NCBI GenBank assembly: GCA_964630205.1
Contig: CAZVTM010000006.1
Location: forward strand, 8,022-72,021
Direction: 5' to 3'
Source: an uncultured Helicobacter sp.
GTDB taxonomy: Bacteria; Campylobacterota; Campylobacteria; Campylobacterales; UBA6016
Length of the DNA stretch: 64,000 bases
A program made the position numbers and the translations under genes. The notes beneath the pieces were generated by a model. That model was given only the letters and a program-made list of their open reading frames with translations. It searched no databases and was not told the DNA's origin. Below, piece by piece: positions 29,384 through 41,104 of this stretch; the first letter of the stretch is position 1; every line of letters begins with the position of its first letter.

Positions 29384-30226
29384 TTACAAGATAGCGTCTT
29401 TTACGGCCGGCTCAATATCTTCAAATTCAAAAACAAAGCCCGCTTCAAGTAGTTTTTTCGGATAGACTTTTTGTCCGCTAGTCAGCACCTTTGCACCCTC
29501 CGAATATACAAGCCTCAGTACAAACTCAGGCACGGGAAAAATAGTCGGACGATGAAGTGCGTATCCTAATGCCTTGGTCAGGCCTGCATTTGTAGTAGGG
29601 TGTGGCGCAGTAAAGTTGTATGCTCCGCTTCCACCTCTCTCGTACAAAAACTTTATCGCATGGGCAAGGTCATTTAGATGTATCCACGAAAAACCTTGTT
29701 TGCCGCTTCCTATCTTGCCGCCAAGCCCCGCTTTGAATATCGGAAGCATCTGGGCTAACGCTCCGCCGCCCTTTCCTATGACGATACCAAAACGCATATT
29801 TACGCATCTCACGCCGCAAGACTCTACGGCTCTAGCCGCAACCTCCCATCTTTCGCACAGCTCACCCAAAAAATCATCAGCTTTTTTGTAACCGTACTCG
29901 TCATTGTCGCCTTCATCGTAGTAGCCAACCGCAGAAGCACAAAAAAATGCCTTTGGCTTTTCGCCCATAGCGCATATCGTCTCCGCAAGCTTATTCGTAG
30001 TAGCTAGCCTACTGGAGACCAGAGTTTTTTTGTATTCCGCACTCCATCTGCCTATTATCGGGGCGCCGGCAAGATTTATTACAAGTTCGGCTCCATCTAG
30101 CTTTGCCGCCAGAGCGCCGTCAAAATCTTTTATACCTATTTTGGCTATTTCATACCCTTGTCTTGAGAAATATTCACACAAAAAACTACCTACAAAGCCG
30201 CTAGCGCCGCTAATCGCAATTTTCAC
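29384..30226 (-). CDS. NAD-dependent epimerase family protein (YfcH/TIGR01777-like)
   Basis: It has the 'MKIAISGASGFVGSFL' Rossmann motif and a C-terminal DUF1731-like tail 'GQKVYPKKLLEAGFVFEF'. Confidence 0.8.
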   Translation of the reverse strand: MKIAISGASGFVGSFLCEYFSRQGYEIAKIGIKDFDGALAAKLDGAELVINLAGAPIIGRWSAEYKKTLVSSRLATTNKLAETICAMGEKPKAFFCASAVGYYDEGDNDEYGYKKADDFLGELCERWEVAARAVESCGVRCVNMRFGIVIGKGGGALAQMLPIFKAGLGGKIGSGKQGFSWIHLNDLAHAIKFLYERGGSGAYNFTAPHPTTNAGLTKALGYALHRPTIFPVPEFVLRLVYSEGAKVLTSGQKVYPKKLLEAGFVFEFEDIEPAVKDAIL

Positions 30227-30255
30227 TTCATACCCTTTTAATATTATGGTGTATA

Positions 30256-31092
30256 ATGGATTCTATGGAAAATAAAGATTATCAGAAAATTGCAAAAGTT
30301 GTCTCCCATAAAAAGTTTGGGAAAGTGTGGGAACTTGAAAAAGGGCAACACATATTTGAAAGCAACGGGAATCAGTATGCGATAAGAAGCTCAAACTCTT
30401 TTTTTCTAGCAGAGAATTATCCTAGTTTTACAGAGCTTTTTTATAACAATTTTTCAAATAGCTTTGTACTCGCTACCAAAAAAAGTGAAAATTCGGTAGC
30501 AGTAGCGATGGTCAAAGCGGAGAGAGGGGTAAAGCTCTGGGATGTCCAGAATAGCTCACTCAAAACCATCCTAGAAAACAAGCAGCTTGTCCTAAAAAAC
30601 GGTAACGATATATACGATGCCAATAATTATGCAATAGGCAAAGTATTTGTAATGGACAGACTCTCCATGACAATGATGGTGGTTGGGGATGACTTCAAAG
30701 TTGCTTTGATGTTAGATGACGGACGAAGCGGAACGGTCAAAAGCGTCCTTAAGATGGATTTTGCCGAGGATGAGATGCTAAAGACGCAGCTTCTTCACGT
30801 CGAAGGGGTAAAGACAACAATAGAGTATCAAAACATAGGCGAAGCCGAAAAAGTAAAAGAACTTATAGACAACCTAATAGCCGAGGGGGTAGAGCCGTCC
30901 AATATAGCCGTAACGTCGCCGTTTAAAAGCCAGCTTGCGCTTTATGAAGATATACTGCACGACAGCATTCCGCATGAAAATATATTGCAGGCCAATATAG
31001 CCTCTACCCCAAAAAAATACGAATATCTAATATTTTCAATAGCCGCTTTTGACGGCAATGCGTTACTTCTCAAAAATCTCATACATTGGTAA
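30256..31092 (+). CDS. hypothetical protein with a C-terminal segment resembling an SF1 helicase 2A domain remnant
   Basis: 'VKELIDNLIAEGVEPSNIAVTSPFKSQLALYEDIL' and '...YEYLIFSIAAF' resemble the AAA_12 region of Dna2/Upf1-type helicases. No Walker A or B motif is present. Confidence 0.45.
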   Translation: MDSMENKDYQKIAKVVSHKKFGKVWELEKGQHIFESNGNQYAIRSSNSFFLAENYPSFTELFYNNFSNSFVLATKKSENSVAVAMVKAERGVKLWDVQNSSLKTILENKQLVLKNGNDIYDANNYAIGKVFVMDRLSMTMMVVGDDFKVALMLDDGRSGTVKSVLKMDFAEDEMLKTQLLHVEGVKTTIEYQNIGEAEKVKELIDNLIAEGVEPSNIAVTSPFKSQLALYEDILHDSIPHENILQANIASTPKKYEYLIFSIAAFDGNALLLKNLIHW

Positions 31093-31216
31093 AAAAGATG
31101 CTAAGGCAAACAGAAACTTTTATCATAGCCGGAAATATTGAGTTTTTATTTGAAAAAAACCAGCATTTAGGCACTTTATTGCAAAGTGCCTACGAAAGTG
31201 GACAGGTAATAGAACT

Positions 31217-31591
31217 ATGAGAATTTTTGAAAACGAACTTATTTTTATAGAGACCCACGACTCTGAAATTCCGTGGCTAAAAATATTTACGCAAACCCAA
31301 CACAAAGAGCTAAGTGACTGCGACGAGCCGACCAGAAAGGCAATCTTTGATGCAGCATTTTTAATTGAGGGCGAGATGCTTTCCTACTTCAAGCCCGACA
31401 AAGTCAACTGGGCAAGCTTTGGCAATATGCTCCCCCGTGTTCACATGCACATCCAAGCTAGATTCAAGGATGATTCGTATTTTCCTGAGCCGATGTGGGG
31501 AACTAAACAAAGAGAGTTTGCGGCACAATTCCCCCCTTTAGAACCATTTTTGGACTCTCTGGCACAAAAAATGCACAAGATTTTCCAATAA
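31217..31591 (+). CDS. HIT family protein
   Basis: It has a histidine triad-like 'PRVHMHIQARF' and is about 124 aa. Confidence 0.75.
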   Translation: MRIFENELIFIETHDSEIPWLKIFTQTQHKELSDCDEPTRKAIFDAAFLIEGEMLSYFKPDKVNWASFGNMLPRVHMHIQARFKDDSYFPEPMWGTKQREFAAQFPPLEPFLDSLAQKMHKIFQ

Positions 31592-31596
31592 ATTGA

Positions 31597-32859
<1,263 letters not shown>

Positions 32860-32869
32860 GGGATAGACT

Positions 32870-33835
32870 ATGGCAAAAGATGATTTGATAGGCGGCTCAA
32901 TTTGGGAGCAATACTCAAAAAAAGTAAGCGACAGAATGAATAATCCTCTAAATAGAGGCGAAATAACTGAGGAGGAAGCTGCCGATATGGGCTGTAAACT
33001 CATCGTTGCGGATTACGGCGCCGAATCGTGCGGGGATGCCGTCAGACTATACTGGGCAGTTGACCCGTACGATAATATCATCAAAAAAAGTAAGTTCAAA
33101 TCTTTTGGATGCGGTACAGCGATAGCAAGTTCCGATATGATGGCTGAGCTTTGCATAGGTAAAACGGTAGACGAAGCGGTCAAGATAACAAACCTAGATG
33201 TTGAATTTGCCCTCAGAGATCATCCGGATGAACCCGCAGTTCCGCCTCAAAAAATGCACTGCTCGGTAATGGCATACGATGTCATCAAAAAAGCGGCTTC
33301 AATCTACAAAGGGGTAGATATGGAAAGCTTCGAGGAAGAGGCGATAGTATGCGAATGCGCAAGGGTTAGCCTACGAACAATCAAAGAGGTAATCAAGCTA
33401 AACAACCTCAAAACGGTAGAAGAAATCACGGCATACACAAAAGCAGGGGCATTCTGTAAATCATGCATTAAGCCTGGTGGACACGAAGATAGGGAGTACT
33501 ATCTTGTCGACATACTTGCCGAGACAAGAGCGGAGATGGAAGGCTCGGCACAAGCACATGCCGTAAACGCTGAAGATTTTAAATCTATGACGGTAGTCAA
33601 AAAAACAAAACTAATAGAAAAAACACTTGATGAGCACATTAGACCGATGCTTATTATGGACGGCGGGAATCTAGAACTTCTCGATATCAAAGACGAAGGC
33701 GAAGAGACACATGTATTCATAAGATATATGGGTGCCTGCAACGGCTGCGCCAGCTCAAGCACTGGAACCCTTTATGCGATAGAGGCTGTACTAAGAAGGG
33801 AACTTGATATAAATATTAGAGTTCTTCCGATTTAA
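32870..33835 (+). CDS. nifU: Fe-S cluster scaffold NifU (three-domain)
   Basis: It has an N-terminal IscU-like domain ('CGDAVRLY', 'FGCGTAIASS', 'HCSVMA'), a central 'CECARVS...CKSC' domain and a C-terminal 'GACNGCASS' domain. Confidence 0.9.
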   Translation: MAKDDLIGGSIWEQYSKKVSDRMNNPLNRGEITEEEAADMGCKLIVADYGAESCGDAVRLYWAVDPYDNIIKKSKFKSFGCGTAIASSDMMAELCIGKTVDEAVKITNLDVEFALRDHPDEPAVPPQKMHCSVMAYDVIKKAASIYKGVDMESFEEEAIVCECARVSLRTIKEVIKLNNLKTVEEITAYTKAGAFCKSCIKPGGHEDREYYLVDILAETRAEMEGSAQAHAVNAEDFKSMTVVKKTKLIEKTLDEHIRPMLIMDGGNLELLDIKDEGEETHVFIRYMGACNGCASSSTGTLYAIEAVLRRELDINIRVLPI

Positions 33836-33851
33836 AAAATAAAGGGGGCGT

Positions 33852-35240
33852 CTATTCATCGCCACCCTCTTCTTCATCCCTCTCGCCTCTTTTTCTAGCG
33901 TAGATTACGATAGGCGACCCTTCAAAATTAAACTGCTCTCTTAGTATATTCATAAGATATCTTTTATAGCTAAAATGCAAAGTCGGAATATTCATAACAA
34001 GTGAAATTTTGGGCGGCTTCGTTGCATACTGAGTCGCAAATTTTATTTTGACTATTCTGCCGTGGTCGCCGGGAAGTTTATGTTTTTCACTGGCAAACTT
34101 AATAACGTCGTTTAGCTTTCTTGTCGGGATCTTTTGGGAGTAGTTTTCATACACTTCAATTATTTTGTCAAGTATCTTGTGAACCCTCTTGCCACTCAGC
34201 GCACTTACCGTAATAATCGGGGCAAAATCGAGGAATTTAAACTCGTCTTTTATATCTTGGAGTATCTCTTTAGGCTCTCTGGTTATCATATCCCACTTAT
34301 TGAGTACTATGATTGCGCCCGTTTTGTACTTGTCGATGAAACCAGCAACCCTCTCGTCTTGCTCGGTAAAATCACTACTTGCGTCAAGCACCAATATCGC
34401 TATGTCGGCGCTATCCAATACTTTTTCGCTTCTATCAAGCGCCCATTTTTCGATACCGACTATTTTACTTCTTTTTCTGATGCCAGCCGTATCCACAAAC
34501 GTGATACTTCTATCGTTATATTCTATCGTTTCATCCACCGGATCTATCGTAGTGCCGGCAACCGAACTTACTATCGAGCGGTTTGAGCCGGTAAGGGCAT
34601 TTAGAAGCGAGCTTTTGCCGACGTTTACACGTCCTATAATGGCAACTTTAATATCTCTTGATACTTCAACTTTTGCCTCTTCGTCATCATCATCCAAGAA
34701 ATCCTCAAGACTCTCATCGTCGTCATCCGCAGACAAGTCGTAAACCTGCGGCTCTTCGTCAAGATACCCGTCTATCCATTCAAGTAGTTTTGAGATATTT
34801 CTGTTATGGGATACGGAGATAAGAAAGCTGGTCTTTGCACCAAATTCAAGAAATTGCCACCCCGCTTCGTTTTCTTTGTCGTTGTCTATTTTATTGATTA
34901 TTAGAGCAAGAGGTTTGTTTAGTTTTTGTATTTGGAAAAATAGTCTCTTTTCCTCATCGCTGGGGACGCCTTTGCCGTCGCATACAAACAACAGTATATC
35001 AGCCTCTTCGGCAGATTTTAATGATTTTTCTTTAACCCTATCAAAAAGCTCGTCTCTGTCCTCGATACCCCCGGTATCCCAAAGCTCCGCTTCCCCTTTA
35101 TATGTTCTAAAAACTCTCCTCTTAACATCTCTCGTAGTTCCCGCTATGTCGCTGATTATTGCGTCGCGATACCCCAAAATTCTGTTAAAAAGCGAGCTTT
35201 TGCCAACATTTGGCCTACCTATTATCGCTATTTTTTTCAA
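33852..35240 (-). CDS. der: ribosome-associated GTPase Der/EngA
   Basis: It has two G domains ('GRPNVGKSS', 'GRVNVGKSS') and a KH-like C-terminus. Confidence 0.95.
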   Translation of the reverse strand: MKKIAIIGRPNVGKSSLFNRILGYRDAIISDIAGTTRDVKRRVFRTYKGEAELWDTGGIEDRDELFDRVKEKSLKSAEEADILLFVCDGKGVPSDEEKRLFFQIQKLNKPLALIINKIDNDKENEAGWQFLEFGAKTSFLISVSHNRNISKLLEWIDGYLDEEPQVYDLSADDDDESLEDFLDDDDEEAKVEVSRDIKVAIIGRVNVGKSSLLNALTGSNRSIVSSVAGTTIDPVDETIEYNDRSITFVDTAGIRKRSKIVGIEKWALDRSEKVLDSADIAILVLDASSDFTEQDERVAGFIDKYKTGAIIVLNKWDMITREPKEILQDIKDEFKFLDFAPIITVSALSGKRVHKILDKIIEVYENYSQKIPTRKLNDVIKFASEKHKLPGDHGRIVKIKFATQYATKPPKISLVMNIPTLHFSYKRYLMNILREQFNFEGSPIVIYARKRGERDEEEGGDE

Positions 35241-35280
35241 ATTATTATCACTCGTTTTTTAACACGAATAATACAAAGTT

Positions 35281-35736
35281 TTAGATAACGGCTTCCAGTT
35301 TTTTGACTGCGGCGTCGCTAAACGGTTCGGCATGTAAAAACAAAAGGCTTCTATCTTCGCCGAATAAAGCCACGGCAACCATATCTTCCGTTTTTAGTTT
35401 AGCTGCATTATAGAGTCTCTTTGCGCAATTCCCATAGACGGCAAATATACGCTCATCTTTCTCTTCCGGAAAAAAGTTTTTTACCGCAGAGTCAAAACTA
35501 TGGCGAAACATCTCATCTATGGAGCTTTTAAAAGCAATGATTTTATTGATTTTTATTGCCCCTTTTGAAAGCTTTTCAAGCTTTGCGGACCATACTTTAG
35601 AGAAGTGTTTTGTGGTTTGGTTTCTGTTGAATACGATGATAAAAGCGGTTTTTTTTCCGTTTTCCATCACACTTTTGAGAGGTATCTCGCTACCCGTCTT
35701 ATCGTGGGCTTTTATAGATTCTATTAGCTTTTGCAT
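35281..35736 (-). CDS. hypothetical protein (151 aa)
   Basis: It is a clean ORF but I recognise no motif. Confidence 0.4.
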   Translation of the reverse strand: MQKLIESIKAHDKTGSEIPLKSVMENGKKTAFIIVFNRNQTTKHFSKVWSAKLEKLSKGAIKINKIIAFKSSIDEMFRHSFDSAVKNFFPEEKDERIFAVYGNCAKRLYNAAKLKTEDMVAVALFGEDRSLLFLHAEPFSDAAVKKLEAVI

Positions 35737-35893
35737 ATGACACCTATGAGAAAGTTTAACATTTGCTATGAAAATTATAACAATTCGCTTACTTAAAATA
35801 TAATTAAATTTTATGAAGTGCGACTTATGCCAAACAAAGCGTCATTTTTTGATAGAATTATCCAAAAAAATAATTCATGACGGATGTGCATCG

Positions 35894-36565
35894 ATGGCGA
35901 TAAAACTTTTGTTACTAGAAGATGAGGCGCAATTAAGCGAAATTATTACTGAGTATCTAGAAGAAAATGATTGCGACGTCACCATAGCGACAGATGGGCA
36001 AGAGGCCATGGATAAGATATACGAAGAAAGTTTCGATATCTTACTGCTTGACGTTAAAGTGCCATACATGAACGGTTTTGATTTGCTCTCAAAAATACGC
36101 AAAGACGGCAATGAAACCCCGGCAATTTTTATCACTTCGCTAAATAGCCTAGACGATTTATCCAAGGCTTTTGAATCAGGGTGCGACGACTATCTCAAAA
36201 AACCGTTTGAACTAAAAGAGTTGCTACTGCGCATAAAAACTATCTCCAAAAGGGCGTTTTTCCACAAAGCCGATGAAAAAATAGAACTCGGCAAAGGGGT
36301 ATTTTTCGATATTAGCTCCAGTAAAATTACAAAAGATGGAACAAGCGTCACATTGTCAAAAAAAGAAAGCCTTATATTAAAACTGCTTGTTAAAAATAGA
36401 GGGAAAATAGTCACTCCGCAAATGATATTTGAAAACGCATGGGATTATGAGGACGAGCCTAGCGAAATGAGCTTGCGCACATATATAAAAAATATCAGAA
36501 AAATAATAGGCAAAGAGCTGATAGAGAACTTGCGCGGACAAGGATATATGATTGTTACAAGTTGA
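35894..36565 (+). CDS. OmpR-family response regulator
   Basis: It has a receiver domain ('LLLLEDE', 'DILLLDVKVP', 'KPF') and a winged-helix C-terminus ('LRTYIKNIRKI...RGQGY'). The start is set at the ATG at 35894. Confidence 0.85.
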   Translation: MAIKLLLLEDEAQLSEIITEYLEENDCDVTIATDGQEAMDKIYEESFDILLLDVKVPYMNGFDLLSKIRKDGNETPAIFITSLNSLDDLSKAFESGCDDYLKKPFELKELLLRIKTISKRAFFHKADEKIELGKGVFFDISSSKITKDGTSVTLSKKESLILKLLVKNRGKIVTPQMIFENAWDYEDEPSEMSLRTYIKNIRKIIGKELIENLRGQGYMIVTS

Positions 36566-37724
36566 GAAAAAGTCTCTTATTCAGTTTGTACTGTTATACG
36601 TCGTCTCAACTACTCTCTTTCTCGTGGCAATGTCTATTGTTTATTACAATTACCAAGAAAACATCTTCCTTGAAAATAAACGAACCTCTATGCAAATATA
36701 TTCTGAAAAAGTCGTAAATTCAATATATGATCTCAAACGCACAGAAGAGATAGAGCTATATTACTCCGAGGACAAAAGATTTGACGTTGCAATGTTCGAT
36801 AACAAAAAAAAGCAAGTTTTTTCAACTTTTGACGCCAAAATAGATTTCAAAAAAAACTTCTATCATCATGGGGCATATCTGTATTATGTAGACAAAATAG
36901 AACTAGCGCATATGAATATCAAATATCTAATAATCAGGGGTCGCGACATAGCCCCGGAACTTGAATCCGTAAAAACGCATCTTTTCGTAATTATGTCTGC
37001 TTCATTCGTATTTGTATTCGTACTTGCGTATTTTTTGTCAAAGATGTTTTTGCGCCCGATTAGAAACTATATTACAAAGCTAGATGATTTTATCAAAGAT
37101 ACGACGCATGAGCTCAATACGCCGCTTGCGACCATTACTATGAGTATAGAAACGATAGACAAGTCATCACTTGACCCAAAAACCTTACGGAAAATAGTCC
37201 GCATAGACAACGCCGCAAAGACAATATCAAGCCTCTATCAAGATTTGAGCTTTATGGCTCTCTACGGCAAAAAGCCGAATAAAGACGAAATAATAGAGCT
37301 GGATAAGATGGTAGCAGAGAGGATCGAATATTTCGAGCCGTTGGCCGATGTAAAAAATATTAAATTCGAAGCAATTCTCAGTGAATCTAAAATATATATG
37401 GATAAAAACAAGATGAGAATTCTAATAGACAATCTCATCTCAAACGCTATAAAATACAATAAAAATGGCGGAAAAATACGAATTGTAACTAGTACCGGAG
37501 AGCTCGTGGTTGAGGATGAAGGCAAAGGGATACCGAAAGAAAAGCTAAAAGATATTTTTGCAAGATACTCTCGTTTTGACGATGCTAGCGGCGGCTTTGG
37601 AATAGGTCTTAGCATCGTAAAAATGATATGCAATGAATATAAAATACTATTATTTGTTGATTCCAAATTAACTCACGGAACAAAATTTGAACTCAAATGG
37701 AGTTTTGCAAATCAAATGCAATAA
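36552..37724 (+). CDS. sensor histidine kinase
   Basis: It has two TM helices, the H-box 'THELNTPLATI', the N-box 'LISNAIKYN' and the G-box 'GGFGIGLSIV'. It overlaps the regulator gene. Confidence 0.85.
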   Translation: MLQVEKKSLIQFVLLYVVSTTLFLVAMSIVYYNYQENIFLENKRTSMQIYSEKVVNSIYDLKRTEEIELYYSEDKRFDVAMFDNKKKQVFSTFDAKIDFKKNFYHHGAYLYYVDKIELAHMNIKYLIIRGRDIAPELESVKTHLFVIMSASFVFVFVLAYFLSKMFLRPIRNYITKLDDFIKDTTHELNTPLATITMSIETIDKSSLDPKTLRKIVRIDNAAKTISSLYQDLSFMALYGKKPNKDEIIELDKMVAERIEYFEPLADVKNIKFEAILSESKIYMDKNKMRILIDNLISNAIKYNKNGGKIRIVTSTGELVVEDEGKGIPKEKLKDIFARYSRFDDASGGFGIGLSIVKMICNEYKILLFVDSKLTHGTKFELKWSFANQMQ

Positions 37725-37807
37725 TTTTTCACTCTTTTTTCACACATCATTTTTTATAATCTTTGCGCTAAGCCCAAAAGGCAGCATAAAATTCTAAGGG
37801 GTTCTCA

Positions 37808-37948
37808 ATGAAAAAAGTTCTTGCTCTACTAGTTGTTCTTGGTCTTACATCTGTATTTGCTTCTGAAGCAAACAAAACAGAAAAAAAAGCTGAAAAACCA
37901 GCTGAAAAACCAGCTAAAGCTAAAAAAGAAGCTAACAAAACTAAATAA
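37808..37948 (+). CDS. 46-aa secreted lysine-rich peptide
   Basis: The sequence is MKKVLALLVVLGLTSVFA|SEANKTEKKAEKPAEKPAKAKKEANKTK. An AAGGGG SD lies upstream and a terminator hairpin follows. It is below the ORF-track cutoff. Confidence 0.45.
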   Translation: MKKVLALLVVLGLTSVFASEANKTEKKAEKPAEKPAKAKKEANKTK

Positions 37949-37959
37949 GTTTTGTTCCG

Positions 37960-37981
37960 GCGAGACTACGGTCTCGCTTTT
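37960..37981 (+). terminator. rho-independent terminator
   Basis: gcgagac-tacg-gtctcgc is followed by TTTT. Confidence 0.6.
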
Positions 37982-38101
37982 CCGTAATTTCTTCTTCATT
38001 TAACCACCAACACAACCAAATCCGATTAAAACCCGCGCTCAAAAGCATCTTTTCGCTAAAATCAATACAAAGTTACAAAGACAACACCTAAAGGGTTATA
38101 G

Positions 38102-40618
38102 ATGAACGATTTGTTTGAAGCAAACGAAGATATAGTAGAAACCTCCATTGAAGAATCGGTAAAATCAAGCTATCTTGACTACTCGATGAGCGTTATCGTA
38201 GGGCGTGCCCTGCCAGACGCAAGAGACGGTCTAAAGCCGGTTCACAGAAGAATACTCTTTGCTATGAACGAGCTATCGCTCAGCGCCCGTTCGGCATACA
38301 AAAAATCGGCACGTATCGTGGGTGACGTAATCGGTAAGTACCACCCGCACGGTGATAGCTCAGTATACGACGCACTCGTTCGTATGGCTCAAGACTTCTC
38401 GATGAGAGCCCCTCTAGTCGACGGACAAGGAAACTTCGGCTCCGTAGACGGCGACAATGCTGCAGCGATGAGGTATACGGAAGCCAGAATGACCTCTCTC
38501 GCAGAAGAGTTACTAAAAGATATCGACAAAAACACCGTGGACTTCGTAGCAAACTACGACGGAAGTATGGATGAGCCGTCAGTTTTACCGAGCCGCTTTC
38601 CAAACCTACTTCTCAACGGTTCCAGTGGTATCGCCGTCGGTATGGCAACAAATATCCCTCCGCACAACCTGAACGAACTTGTAGACGCACTTGTTTATCT
38701 CATAGAAAACAAAGAGGCGACTCTTGAAGAGATAATGGAGTTCATAAAAGGCCCTGACTTTCCAACAGGCGGCACGATATTCGGAACAAAAGGCATTTTG
38801 GAAGCTTTCCGTACAGGCAGAGGCAGGGTAAGACTAAGAGGCAAAACCCACATTGAGAAAAAACAAAATAAAGAGATAATCGTCATAGACGAGCTACCGT
38901 ATCAAGTAAACAAATCCAAACTCGTAGAAGATATAGCTGAACTCTCAAAAGAAAAAGTAATAGAGGGTATATCCGAGGTTAGGGATGAGTCCGATAGAGA
39001 CGGTATGAGGGTCGTAATAGAACTCAAAAAAGACGCTATGGCGGAGATAGTACTCAACAATCTATATAAGCACACACAGCTATCAACAACATTCGGCGTT
39101 ATCATGCTTGCCATCGTCAACAAAGAGCCGAAGGTATTTACGCTACTTGAGCTTCTAAATCTATTTTTGGGTCACAGAAAAACTATCGTTATTAGAAGGA
39201 CGATATTTGAACTCCAAAAAGCAAAAGATAGGGCGCACATACTAGAAGGTCTAAGAATTGCCCTTGATAACATAGATGAAATAGTAGCCTTAATTCGCGC
39301 ATCAAAAGATCCGCAAACAGCCAAAGAGGGATTGATGGGTAGATTCTCTCTTAGCGAGATTCAAGCGCAAGCAATTCTTGATATGAGACTCCAAAGACTA
39401 ACGGGCCTCGAGAGAGACAAGATTGAAAATGAATACGCCGAGCTAATGAAGGAGATAGAGAGGCTATCTGCAATTCTAAAAAGCGAAGATTTGCTAAACG
39501 ATGTCATTAAAACAGAGCTAATAGAAATAAGAGAGAGATATAACCAGCCAAGACGCACCGAAATCACGGAAGACTACGAAGATATCGACGTGGAAGACCT
39601 AATTCCTAACGAGCCGATGGTTGTAACTATGACACACAGAGGCTACATTAAACGTGTAAATCTCAAGTCTTACGAGAGACAAAACAGGGGCGGAAAAGGC
39701 AAAGTAGCAGTCACGACTTATGAGGACGATTTTATTGAGAGCTTCTTTGTCTGCAATACTCATGATACGCTAATGTTTGTCACAAACAGGGGTCAACTAT
39801 ACTGGCTCAAAGTGTACAAAATACCTGAGGCAGGCAGAACAGCCAAAGGAAAAGCAGTTGTAAACTTGCTAAACCTACAAGCAGAAGAGCAAATAAAAGC
39901 AGTTATTCCTACGACTGACTTCAGCGAAGAAAAATCGTTGGCGTTCTTTACCAAAAACGGTATCATCAAAAGAACAAATCTAAGTGAATTCTCGAATGTC
40001 AGAAATGTAGGTATTAGAGCTATTACACTAGATGAAGACGATGAGCTTGTGACGGCATTTATCGTTGACCACCAACACAAAGAGTTCTTTATATTAACCA
40101 AAAAAGGTATGTGTATACGCTTTGATATAAGAGCCGACATAGAGGGCAAAGGTGGCGTTAGGGAGCTTGGGCGTACCGCAAGAGGTGTAACGGCCATTAG
40201 ATTCAAAGTCGGGGAAGACTATGTCGTAGGGGCAAATGCTCTTAAAAATGAGAATGAAGAGATACTCACGGTCAGCGAAAGAGGATTTGGCAAACGAACG
40301 GAAGCGAACGAGTATAGACACCAGTCAAGAGGCGGCAAAGGTGTAATAGCCATGAAAATCACATCAAGAACAGGCGATATGGTAGGTGCACTTATTGCCG
40401 ATGAAAAGATGGATATGATGGCATTAACCTCTAGCGGCAAAATGATAAGAGTCGATATGCAAACAATTAGACAAACAGGTAGAAACGCTAGTGGGGTTAT
40501 GATAGTAAGAGTTGATGAAAACGACTTTGTCGTGGATATCGCCAGATGCCCTAAAGAAGAGCCGGAAGAGCCTGGTCTGGAAGAGGATGGCACCGAAGGA
40601 CCTACGGAGCTGATTTAA
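38102..40618 (+). CDS. gyrA: DNA gyrase subunit A
   Basis: Contains '[27 protein letters not shown]', '[17 protein letters not shown]' (QRDR) and the active-site '[10 protein letters not shown]'. Confidence 0.98.
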   Translation: MNDLFEANEDIVETSIEESVKSSYLDYSMSVIVGRALPDARDGLKPVHRRILFAMNELSLSARSAYKKSARIVGDVIGKYHPHGDSSVYDALVRMAQDFSMRAPLVDGQGNFGSVDGDNAAAMRYTEARMTSLAEELLKDIDKNTVDFVANYDGSMDEPSVLPSRFPNLLLNGSSGIAVGMATNIPPHNLNELVDALVYLIENKEATLEEIMEFIKGPDFPTGGTIFGTKGILEAFRTGRGRVRLRGKTHIEKKQNKEIIVIDELPYQVNKSKLVEDIAELSKEKVIEGISEVRDESDRDGMRVVIELKKDAMAEIVLNNLYKHTQLSTTFGVIMLAIVNKEPKVFTLLELLNLFLGHRKTIVIRRTIFELQKAKDRAHILEGLRIALDNIDEIVALIRASKDPQTAKEGLMGRFSLSEIQAQAILDMRLQRLTGLERDKIENEYAELMKEIERLSAILKSEDLLNDVIKTELIEIRERYNQPRRTEITEDYEDIDVEDLIPNEPMVVTMTHRGYIKRVNLKSYERQNRGGKGKVAVTTYEDDFIESFFVCNTHDTLMFVTNRGQLYWLKVYKIPEAGRTAKGKAVVNLLNLQAEEQIKAVIPTTDFSEEKSLAFFTKNGIIKRTNLSEFSNVRNVGIRAITLDEDDELVTAFIVDHQHKEFFILTKKGMCIRFDIRADIEGKGGVRELGRTARGVTAIRFKVGEDYVVGANALKNENEEILTVSERGFGKRTEANEYRHQSRGGKGVIAMKITSRTGDMVGALIADEKMDMMALTSSGKMIRVDMQTIRQTGRNASGVMIVRVDENDFVVDIARCPKEEPEEPGLEEDGTEGPTELI

Positions 40619-40630
40619 AGTTTTAATACG

Positions 40631-40819
40631 ATGGACGATATTGGAAATATGAAAAAAGCTGGTGTTTTAAAAATTGCATCTATCGTGTTGTGTATTGGAA
40701 TGTTTTTTGCTGGTTGCTCATTTAAAGCGGAAATAGACAGCAGACTTATCAATGGGCATCAGTCCGGCGGCTCTGCATATACTCCGGTTTTGGATGGCTG
40801 CGCAAATGAAAGTAGGTAG
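40631..40819 (+). CDS. small lipoprotein
   Basis: It has the lipobox 'FFAGC'. The likely start is MKKAG at 40649. Confidence 0.5.
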   Translation: MDDIGNMKKAGVLKIASIVLCIGMFFAGCSFKAEIDSRLINGHQSGGSAYTPVLDGCANESR

Positions 40820-40828
40820 GGGTAGCGT

Positions 40829-41089
40829 ATGAAAAAAACTTATTTTTGGCTGTTTGTCTGTATTGCCGTCATATTTGGCGGATGTTCTTCAAAAAATGAG
40901 CCTAAACCTGAAAAGCAGGAAGCCAATGCGACGCAAAAGCAAGAAGGGAACATTAGCAAACAAAAAACTGCCGAAACAAAAAAGACCGAAGTGAATAAAA
41001 CGATAAAACGTACAAACATCACGGTCAATAATTTTTCAGATTGCCAATTGTCTGCGCCAAGCGACTATAAAACTATTCCTTACGAATAA
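40829..41089 (+). CDS. small lipoprotein, Lys/Glu-rich
   Basis: Its signal and lipobox are 'MKKTYFWLFVCIAVIFGGC'. Confidence 0.6.
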   Translation: MKKTYFWLFVCIAVIFGGCSSKNEPKPEKQEANATQKQEGNISKQKTAETKKTEVNKTIKRTNITVNNFSDCQLSAPSDYKTIPYE

Positions 41090-41104
41090 AAACAAAGGAT
41101 AACC

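Noticed and set aside
37890-37916. A tandem 12-nt direct repeat (gctgaaaaacca x2).
   Set aside because: It has only two copies and lies inside the small peptide ORF, where it encodes AEKPAEKP. It is reported as part of that finding and is not a repeat element.
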